A stretch of 40,996 nucleotides of DNA from NCBI GenBank assembly GCA_028708155.1, contig JAQVZN010000001.1, positions 1-40,996 of the forward strand, written 5' to 3'. The DNA comes from Minisyncoccota bacterium. Lineage in GTDB: Bacteria; Patescibacteriota; Minisyncoccia; Minisyncoccales; Minisyncoccaceae. The translations under genes and the position numbers were made by a program. This document shows positions 34,912 to 40,996 of the stretch, piece by piece. Within the stretch, counting starts at the first letter, position 1. Each line of letters begins with the position of its first letter. The notes below the pieces were generated by a model that made no database searches, was not told the DNA's origin, and worked only from the letters and a program-made list of their open reading frames with translations.

Positions 34912-35430
34912 ATGAAAAAAAATATTATATTGAGTTTGCTAATTTTGGTATTTGGAGCTATATGTTTTTACTCTGGAATTAGTTTAAATACTTTAAAGGT
35001 GAATGATGGTTATTTTTTAGAGCAAGGTTATTCTTTTAAGACTCCTGTTTGGGCGCAAACCGATGAGCTTGGTGTTACCGCATTTTTAAACGAAGAAGAA
35101 GATAACGGAGAGAATCCTTTTAAGTCATATGTTTTTATCGTTAAAGATAAGTTAGAGGGAAGATCTTTTGAACAATACATTGAATATATTAAAACACAAG
35201 TCCAAAATTCTTCTCAAAGCATGGAAGTTATAGAGGAAAAAGATGATGGTAATTCTCATGTTGTTTTTGTTAAAACAACTCAAGATGATGTTAATTACAT
35301 TATAGGAATGTCTTTTGTTAAAGGATTAAGTGATACTTGTTTTATTGTTAGTTTAAATACAATTGAGTCTAGTTTTGAATTAACAAAGCCTGTATTTGAA
35401 GAAACTTATAGGAGTTTTACTTTAAGATAA
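34912..35430 (+). CDS. membrane-anchored hypothetical protein
   Basis: 172 aa with an N-terminal TM or signal anchor. I recognise no motif; it has coding-like composition and fills the gap between flanking genes. Confidence 0.4.
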   Translation: MKKNIILSLLILVFGAICFYSGISLNTLKVNDGYFLEQGYSFKTPVWAQTDELGVTAFLNEEEDNGENPFKSYVFIVKDKLEGRSFEQYIEYIKTQVQNSSQSMEVIEEKDDGNSHVVFVKTTQDDVNYIIGMSFVKGLSDTCFIVSLNTIESSFELTKPVFEETYRSFTLR

Positions 35431-35434
35431 TAAC

Positions 35435-35462
35435 TTGAAAAAAATAATATTAAATATATAAT
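35435..35462 (+). promoter_or_regulatory. candidate promoter TTGAAA-16-TATAAT; -10 ends 9 nt before the ATG
   Basis: TTGAAA lies at 35435-35440, TATAAT at 35457-35462 and the ATG at 35472. Confidence 0.45.
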
Positions 35463-35471
35463 ATAAGCAAT

Positions 35472-35798
35472 ATGGAAAATATTTCATTTGAGGAATTTAA
35501 AAAAATAGATCTTAGGATAGCTAAAATATTATCAGTAGAAAAAGTAGAAGATTCTAATAAACTTTTAAAGATAGAGGTTGATGTTGGGGAAGAAAGAAGA
35601 ACTGTTGTTTCTGGAGTAGCTGAGTTTTATAATGAAGAAGACTTAATTTCTAAAGAAGTAATCATAGTTTTAAATTTAGAGCCAAAGGTAATTTTTGGCA
35701 TTGAAAGTCACGGAATGCTTCTTTTCACAAAAAAAGAAGGAAGAGCAATAATTTTAAAACCAGGAGAAGAAGTTGATCCTGGATCAATAATTAGTTAA
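35472..35798 (+). CDS. tRNA-binding (OB-fold, CsaA/Trbp111/EMAPII-like) protein
   Basis: 108 aa. FKKIDLRIAKILSVEKVEDSNKLLKIEVDVGEERRTVVSG...LNLEPKVIFGIESHGMLL matches the tRNA_bind domain. Confidence 0.8.
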   Translation: MENISFEEFKKIDLRIAKILSVEKVEDSNKLLKIEVDVGEERRTVVSGVAEFYNEEDLISKEVIIVLNLEPKVIFGIESHGMLLFTKKEGRAIILKPGEEVDPGSIIS

Positions 35799-35808
35799 AT
35801 ATAAAAAA

Positions 35809-36642
35809 ATGAACGATATAAATTTTAATAGTCCAGATCCAATAAATAGTATCCCTAAAAGCGAGCCATTAAGACCAATTTGTAAAAAGAATGATGACCC
35901 AAATGGCGTTCTTAAATTATTTTTAATGGTTTTTAGTGTTTTTTTAGTTATTTTATCTTTTTCAATTATTTATAATCTAGTTTCAAAAACTCAAGGAGCG
36001 GGAGATATTGTTACAAACGAACAAGCTGGAAATATTACTGTTAATGCTAGTGCTACTATTTACGTTACTCCTAACGAAGCTTCTGTTAATATTGGTATTG
36101 AAACTACAGGAGTTTCAATGGAAGAAGTTTCTTTGGAAAATGAAAGAAAGGCAGGAAACATTATAAATAAAGCTCAAGCAGAAGGGGTTTTAGCAGAAGA
36201 TATTAAAGTTATAGAATATTCAATTGAGCCACAATATCAAAAACAAACAACTGGAGTAGATTTAAATCAATATCCAGAAGGAAAAGTAATTATTTCTTTT
36301 TATAAAATAAAAGAAGTTATTCAAATAAAAATGCCTATAGAAAAAGTAGAAAGTGTTATCGCATCAGCTCTTGATGCTAGTGCTACTACTATTAGTGATT
36401 TAACTTTTAGCGTCAAAGACAGGGATGGTTACGTTGAAATTGCAAGAGCAGAAGCTATCTTAAAAGCAAAGGAAAAAGCTCAAAAAATAGCTAATGATTT
36501 AAACGTAAAATTATCTAATTTAATTAGTTATTCTGACAACGATTATACTCCAGTATATAGTGAAAGTATTTCAAGTAGTTTAGAGTCTACTGGATTAAAC
36601 GAGATAACGGTTAATGCTTACGTTACTTATTCAATAAAATGA
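35809..36642 (+). CDS. membrane-anchored SIMPL/DUF541 domain protein
   Basis: 277 aa with a TM helix near residue 40. [23 protein letters not shown] and the helix [24 protein letters not shown] give a SIMPL layout. Confidence 0.65.
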   Translation: MNDINFNSPDPINSIPKSEPLRPICKKNDDPNGVLKLFLMVFSVFLVILSFSIIYNLVSKTQGAGDIVTNEQAGNITVNASATIYVTPNEASVNIGIETTGVSMEEVSLENERKAGNIINKAQAEGVLAEDIKVIEYSIEPQYQKQTTGVDLNQYPEGKVIISFYKIKEVIQIKMPIEKVESVIASALDASATTISDLTFSVKDRDGYVEIARAEAILKAKEKAQKIANDLNVKLSNLISYSDNDYTPVYSESISSSLESTGLNEITVNAYVTYSIK

Positions 36643-37103
36643 TTAAAAAAGATTTAATTAAAAATTTAATATTATTATTTATTTTTATTTTTTTAATGTT
36701 TTTTGTAGTGCAATTTTTCTCTAAAGAAAACTCTTCTCTTAAGGAGGTACAAGAACCATTAAATAATAATTCAAACGAAATGAAAAATGTGGAAATAGAA
36801 ATTTTAAAAGAAGGAACTGGTGAAGTTTCTAAAGTAGGAGACACTCTTTCTGTTCATTATGTAGGAACTTTTGAAGACGGAGAAAAATTTGATTCAAGTG
36901 TTGATAGAGGAGAACCTTTTGAATTTGTTTTAGGAGCAAATCGTGTAATTCAAGGATGGGAACAAGGTATGCTTGGAATGAAGGTTGGAGAGAAGAGGAA
37001 ATTATTTGTTCCTTATGAGCTTGGTTATGGAGAAGAAGGAGCTTATATTATTCCACCAAGAACTAATTTAATTTTTGAAGTTGAACTTTTAGAAATAAAA
37101 TGA
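36639..37103 (+). CDS. membrane-anchored FKBP-type peptidyl-prolyl cis-trans isomerase
   Basis: 154 aa with a TM helix. The FKBP core is present: [21 protein letters not shown]...[35 protein letters not shown]...IPP...LIFEVELL. Confidence 0.9.
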   Translation: MIKKDLIKNLILLFIFIFLMFFVVQFFSKENSSLKEVQEPLNNNSNEMKNVEIEILKEGTGEVSKVGDTLSVHYVGTFEDGEKFDSSVDRGEPFEFVLGANRVIQGWEQGMLGMKVGEKRKLFVPYELGYGEEGAYIIPPRTNLIFEVELLEIK

Positions 37104-38308
37104 AGAAAATATTTTTAACAATTTTAACTTTTATTGGTTTATTTTCTTTTTTTAATTCTGCAAACGCAGAAATTATCTTAGGAGATGATAAAGTAGATAT
37201 TGATTTTTTCTATAGTAAAACTTGTGGGCATTGCTCTGATGCAAATGAATTTTTGAATGAAATATCTTTAAAAGATGAGAGTATTAAAATAAATAAATTT
37301 GATATTAGCGAGAAACAATCAATAGATCTTCTTAATGAATATTATAATAAATATCAAGTTGAAGATGCTTATAAAGGAGGGGTTCCAGCTATTTTTATAG
37401 AAAATTATTATTTTATTGGTTTTCAAAAAGATTATTCCGAAGCTAATATAGAAAAAGCAATTGATTCTTTTCTTGAAGAAAAAGAAGTTGAAATTAATGA
37501 TAATATTTCAGATTTTTCCACAATAGAAGAACTTAAAAAAGGAATAACTCTTCCTTTTATTGGAAAGATTAAATTAGAAGATGCTTCGCCTTTTGCTTTT
37601 TCTGTCATCTTTGGAGCTATTGATGGATTTAATGCTTGTGCTATGGCTGCATTAGCTTTTCTTTTAGCGGTTTTGATTGGTGTTGGTGATAGAAGAAAAC
37701 TGATTTTACTCGGAGGGATATTTATTCTTGTTTCAGGATTAGTTTATTATTTCTTTATAGCGACATGGCTTAATATTTTTCTTTTGCTTCCTCATTTAAA
37801 GCTTATTACTTATGGTGTCGGAATATTAATTTTTATTTTTGGAATTTTTGTTTTAAAAGAATATTTTAACGGAATTATTTGTAAGTTGTGTGATATTGAT
37901 CCGAGGCATGACAATTGGTTTGCTAAAAATCAGAAAAAATTATTATTAAAAATGCAAGAAGTTATCAATTCTAATCAGTCTATGTTTTTAATAATAGGAG
38001 GGGTTATTTTTGTCGCAGTAGGAATAAACACTATAGAGTTAATTTGTTCTTTTGGGCTTCCTGTTGCTTTTACGAAAATATTGACTTCATATAATTTATC
38101 TTCAGCTTCATACTATTTTTATCTATTGATCTATGATATATTTTATATGTTAGATGATTTTATTATATTTTTAATAGCAGTATTTACTTTTAATTTAGCA
38201 CAAGAGTCTGAAAAATATATAAAAATCTCTAAATTTATTTCTGGTGTATTATTAATTGTATTAGGTATTATTATAATATTTTTCCCTGATATTTTAGGAT
38301 CTATATGA
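37100..38308 (+). CDS. secreted thioredoxin/glutaredoxin-fold domain (CGHC) fused to a polytopic CcdA/DsbD-like membrane domain
   Basis: 402 aa with a signal peptide. [17 protein letters not shown] has a CxxC at 37223-37234. It is followed by about 6 TM helices; the first carries [11 protein letters not shown], and a loop carries CKLCD. Confidence 0.6.
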   Translation: MKKIFLTILTFIGLFSFFNSANAEIILGDDKVDIDFFYSKTCGHCSDANEFLNEISLKDESIKINKFDISEKQSIDLLNEYYNKYQVEDAYKGGVPAIFIENYYFIGFQKDYSEANIEKAIDSFLEEKEVEINDNISDFSTIEELKKGITLPFIGKIKLEDASPFAFSVIFGAIDGFNACAMAALAFLLAVLIGVGDRRKLILLGGIFILVSGLVYYFFIATWLNIFLLLPHLKLITYGVGILIFIFGIFVLKEYFNGIICKLCDIDPRHDNWFAKNQKKLLLKMQEVINSNQSMFLIIGGVIFVAVGINTIELICSFGLPVAFTKILTSYNLSSASYYFYLLIYDIFYMLDDFIIFLIAVFTFNLAQESEKYIKISKFISGVLLIVLGIIIIFFPDILGSI

Positions 38309-38400
38309 TGATATTAAGAAAAACAACATTGTACATGCTTTTAATGATTCTTACTATAACAGCATTAGTTATGCTTATGAGAGTTATTTTAGGACAATGA
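38305..38400 (+). CDS. 31-aa hydrophobic small ORF ([31 protein letters not shown]), not in the supplied track
   Basis: I translated this by hand. Its ATG overlaps the upstream TGA (ATGA at 38305-38308), and its TGA overlaps the downstream ATG (ATGA at 38397-38400). It fills the only gap in an otherwise overlapping operon and has one predicted TM helix. Confidence 0.35.
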   Translation: MMILRKTTLYMLLMILTITALVMLMRVILGQ

Positions 38401-38936
38401 AACAAATTATTAAAGAATGTAAAAGATGTAGTCTTTTTAAAAAAAGAATTACTCCAACAATTCATTGCGGAGATATTAAAAGTAATATTTTGTTTATTGG
38501 AGAAGCACCAGGGAAAAATGAAGATGAGACGGGCATTCCTTTTTGTGGACGCGCAGGAAGTATATTAAATGATCTTTTAAAGCTAATTGAATTAAAAAGA
38601 GAAGATGTCTATATTACAAATATTGTAAAATGTAGGCCTCCTAAAAATAGAGATCCTAAAAAAAGTGAAATTAAAAAATGTTCTTATCTTTTAGAAAAAG
38701 AAATAGAGCTTCTTAAACCAAAAATAATTTGTCCTTTAGGAAGATTTTCAAGTAAGTATATATTAAATAAGTATTTTAAAAAAAATTACGAAATAGGAGA
38801 GGTTCATGGGAAAGTTTTTAAAACAGAAAATATAATTATAATTCCTATGTATCATCCAGCCGCAGCTATTTATAATAATAAAAAGATAAATATCTTAAAA
38901 AAAGATTTTAAAAAAATAAAAAAATATGATGTATAA
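38397..38936 (+). CDS. uracil-DNA glycosylase, family 4
   Basis: 179 aa. It has the N-terminal CKRCSL, FIGEAPGKNEDETGIPFCGRAG (GEAPG..E motif) and HPAA near the C-terminus. Confidence 0.85.
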   Translation: MKQIIKECKRCSLFKKRITPTIHCGDIKSNILFIGEAPGKNEDETGIPFCGRAGSILNDLLKLIELKREDVYITNIVKCRPPKNRDPKKSEIKKCSYLLEKEIELLKPKIICPLGRFSSKYILNKYFKKNYEIGEVHGKVFKTENIIIIPMYHPAAAIYNNKKINILKKDFKKIKKYDV

Positions 38937-39129
38937 TGACATGCCTCAAGAAATGTTTTTAGTGATTGTAGCTATTAGCATTATAGATTTAGTTTTAAAG
39001 GGTTTTGCTTTATTCAAAGCAGCGAAAAACAATGAGAAGAAATGGTTTATAGCAATTCTTATTTTAAATACAGTAGGATTACTTCCTCTTTTCTACATTC
39101 TTTTTATTCCTAAAAAATATGTTGATTAA
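38926..39129 (+). CDS. small two-TM membrane protein (DUF5652-like)
   Basis: 67 aa. LKGFALFKAAKNNEKKWFIAILILNTVGLLPLFYI resembles the DUF5652 pattern common in CPR genomes; this is from memory. Confidence 0.45.
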   Translation: MMYNDMPQEMFLVIVAISIIDLVLKGFALFKAAKNNEKKWFIAILILNTVGLLPLFYILFIPKKYVD

Positions 39130-39340
39130 AGTTAAGTGTCATACTTTATCAAAAAAAGAATTATTAAATAAAAAAGGCGAAGATTCTTTTGAAGTTTTCT
39201 TAAAAGAAAAACCAGAAAGAGGAGAGGCCAATAAGAGAATTTTTGAAATATTAGCCGAGCATTTTAATATTTCAATTAAAAAAGTAAGATTAGTTAAAGG
39301 GGCAAAAAGCCCTAGTAAGATTTTCGAAATTTATGATTAG
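39119..39340 (+). CDS. DUF167/YggU-family protein (short)
   Basis: 73 aa. GEANKRIFEILAEHFNISIKKVRLVKGAKSPSKIFEI matches the DUF167 core (G.AN.al..fLa....v.k..v.iv.G..sr.K...i). Confidence 0.65.
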   Translation: MLIKVKCHTLSKKELLNKKGEDSFEVFLKEKPERGEANKRIFEILAEHFNISIKKVRLVKGAKSPSKIFEIYD

Positions 39341-39785
39341 TTATTATCAAATATTATCTGGTATTTACAACAATCCGGCTATTATGGCTCCTCTTTTGGC
39401 ATGGTTTATTGCCCAAACGACAAAAGTGATTATAGCAACAATAAAAGATAAGAAATTTAGTTTTGAGCTTTTTTTTATTCCTGGAGGATTCCCAAGTTCT
39501 CATAGTTCTTCTGTGACAGCTTTATGTACAGTTGTAGCTATAATGTCAGGAGTTGAGTCTTTAATTTTTGCTTTAACCTTATCTTTTACAGTTTTTGTTT
39601 TGTATGATGCTTCTGTTTTAAGAAGAGCTGCACAGAAACAAGCTCAATCGTTAAATGATTTAATTGAATTTGTTAATGTAAAAGAAATGGAACCTTTAAG
39701 AGAGGTTTTAGGGCATAGTTGGCTTGAAGTTTTATCAGGTTTAATTATTGGAATCGCAACAGGAATTATAATAACTTTAATTTAA
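39333..39785 (+). CDS. divergent PAP2 / DUF212 family membrane protein
   Basis: 150 aa. GGFPSSHSS, YDASVLRRAAQKQA and EVLGHS are hallmarks of the acid-phosphatase/vanadium-haloperoxidase-related DUF212 family. Confidence 0.8.
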   Translation: MISYYQILSGIYNNPAIMAPLLAWFIAQTTKVIIATIKDKKFSFELFFIPGGFPSSHSSSVTALCTVVAIMSGVESLIFALTLSFTVFVLYDASVLRRAAQKQAQSLNDLIEFVNVKEMEPLREVLGHSWLEVLSGLIIGIATGIIITLI

Positions 39786-40420
39786 TGGAACTTCCAGAAG
39801 AATACAAAAAAAACTATAAATATTTTTTAGGGTCTAAAATTGATTTATCTTTAAGACCTTTAATTCCGAGACAAGAAACCGAATATTGGGTTTCTTTAAT
39901 TTTAAAGGAAATAAAAGAAGGCTCAAGATGCCTTGATCTTTTTGCAGGTTCTGGATGTATTGGCGTTTCTATTTTAAAAAATGTAAAAAATACTTTTTGC
40001 GATTTTGGAGAAATTGATAAAAATCTTTTAAAGCAAATAGAGATAAACTTAAAAGGAATTGAAAGCGATCGTTATAAAATAATAGAAACAGATATTTTTT
40101 CAAATATTCCTGGTAAATATGATTTTATTTTGACTAACCCTCCTTACGTAGCAATTAATAGAACAGATGAAGTTTCTGCTGATGTTTTAGAGTATGAACC
40201 TCATCTTGCTTTATTTTCTGGAGATAAAGGAATGGATGCAATTGTTAAACTTATTGAAGACGCTCACGAACATTTAAACGAGAACGGACTTTTAGTTATT
40301 GAACATGATGAATCTCAAAAAGATGATATTGAGAAATTAATAAATAGAGGAGGATATTCAAGATACGAATTTTGTAAAGATTATTTTAATGAATATAGAT
40401 TTGTTAAAATATATGGTTAA
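39785..40420 (+). CDS. HemK/PrmC-like N5-glutamine methyltransferase, catalytic domain only
   Basis: 211 aa. It has the SAM motif DLFAGSGCIG, the NPPY tetrapeptide (LTNPPYV) and YEPHLAL. It lacks the usual N-terminal helical domain. Confidence 0.7.
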   Translation: MELPEEYKKNYKYFLGSKIDLSLRPLIPRQETEYWVSLILKEIKEGSRCLDLFAGSGCIGVSILKNVKNTFCDFGEIDKNLLKQIEINLKGIESDRYKIIETDIFSNIPGKYDFILTNPPYVAINRTDEVSADVLEYEPHLALFSGDKGMDAIVKLIEDAHEHLNENGLLVIEHDESQKDDIEKLINRGGYSRYEFCKDYFNEYRFVKIYG

Positions 40421-40996
40421 AAAAGAACTGCAAAAATTAAAGAACGAAGAAAAAGCAAAAATTCTTTCAAGGTTTTTTAAAACAGGAAAAGGAGAGTATG
40501 GAGAAGGAGATAAGTTTTTAGGAATTAAGGTTCCTGATTTAAGATTAGTAGCTAAAAATAATCTAAATGTTAGTTTAACAGAACTACAAGATCTTTTAGA
40601 TAGTGATATTCATGAACATAGACTAACAGCTCTTTTAATTCTTGTTGAAAATTTTAAAAAAGAACAAAAGCTAGAAATTGTTGATTTTTATCTAAAGAAT
40701 TTAAAAAATATTAATAACTGGGATTTGGTAGATTTATCTTGTCCGAACATCATCGGAAGATATTTTTTAAAAAGAGATAGGAGTTTACTATATAGATTAG
40801 CTAAGTCAGAAAATCTATGGGAGAGAAGAATTGCAATAGTTTCTACTTATTATTTTATTAAAAATAATAATTTTGAAGATACGATTAAAATATCAAAGAT
40901 GCTATTAGGAGATAAGCATGATTTGTTACACAAGGCTGTTGGTTGGATGCTTAGGGAAGTTGGAAAAAAAGATGAAGCTATTTTAATTGCTTTTCT
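40413..40996 (+). CDS. DNA alkylation repair protein (AlkD/AlkC-like HEAT-repeat glycosylase), 3' end outside the window
   Basis: I translated this by hand from ATG 40413, which overlaps the upstream stop. MVKKELQKLKNEEKAKILSRFFKTGKGEYGEGDKFLGIKVPDLR...NNWDLVD...WERRIAIV...KAVGWMLRE matches the DNA_alkylation family. The frame stays open to the window end. Confidence 0.75.
   Translation, partial: MVKKELQKLKNEEKAKILSRFFKTGKGEYGEGDKFLGIKVPDLRLVAKNNLNVSLTELQDLLDSDIHEHRLTALLILVENFKKEQKLEIVDFYLKNLKNINNWDLVDLSCPNIIGRYFLKRDRSLLYRLAKSENLWERRIAIVSTYYFIKNNNFEDTIKISKMLLGDKHDLLHKAVGWMLREVGKKDEAILIAF

Noticed and set aside
1-40996. Alternative genetic code (UGA recoded, as in SR1/Gracilibacteria or Mycoplasma-like code 4)
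   Set aside because: Standard-code translation gives full-length, motif-complete proteins. Several genes end at TGA exactly where homologs end (for example 1098-1100, 11504-11506, 18639-18641). No in-frame TGA interrupts conserved domains.
1-40996. CRISPR arrays, tRNA/rRNA genes, IS elements, integrases, prophage genes
   Set aside because: Every intergenic gap is 113 nt or shorter. No spaced direct-repeat array, cloverleaf-sized gap or transposase/integrase-like ORF was seen.

Overview
This is a visibly AT-rich, very gene-dense chromosomal segment: about 46 CDS in 41 kb, and most gene junctions overlap or are under 60 nt. It uses the standard genetic code (TGA is clearly a stop). Gene content suggests a streamlined Patescibacteria/CPR-type bacterium. 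That inference rests on DUF5671- and DUF5652-like membrane proteins, a cohesin-type surface protein, many membrane-anchored SIMPL/GerMN/MliC-like exported proteins, and shortened versions of core enzymes. Most genes are housekeeping:
- DNA repair: a contiguous uvrB-uvrA-uvrC operon, family-4 uracil-DNA glycosylase, an AlkD-like glycosylase and a MazG-like NTP pyrophosphohydrolase.
- Translation and RNA: typA/bipA, tyrS, ychF, a TsaC/Sua5-like protein, a PrmC-like methyltransferase, a DEAD-box helicase, a beta-CASP RNase and a U32 family protein.
- Ion transport and membrane: CorA and hemolysin-III.
- Envelope protein folding: a CsaA-like protein, SIMPL, FKBP and a thioredoxin-membrane fusion.

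I saw no rRNA, tRNA, CRISPR array, transposase, integrase or prophage.

No clear novel multi-gene system stands out. The best candidates for follow-up are:
1. A translationally coupled MazG-like / ATP-cone-PD-(D/E)XK nuclease pair (29468-30611).
2. A perfect consensus promoter followed by mutually exclusive antiterminator/terminator hairpins in the DEAD-box helicase leader (2426-2520).
3. A UvrA lacking the roughly 100-aa insertion domain, and a UvrC lacking the C-terminal (HhH)2 domain.
4. A redox-dead thioredoxin-fold protein with a CX3CX2CX2C tail, coupled to a polytopic membrane protein (19843-20755).
5. -10 boxes placed 6-9 nt upstream of start codons, suggesting leaderless mRNAs, together with a general absence of Shine-Dalgarno sequences.
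6. An unannotated 31-codon hydrophobic ORF nested by ATGA overlaps (38305-38400).

All functional calls come from motif recognition by eye; no database search was run.
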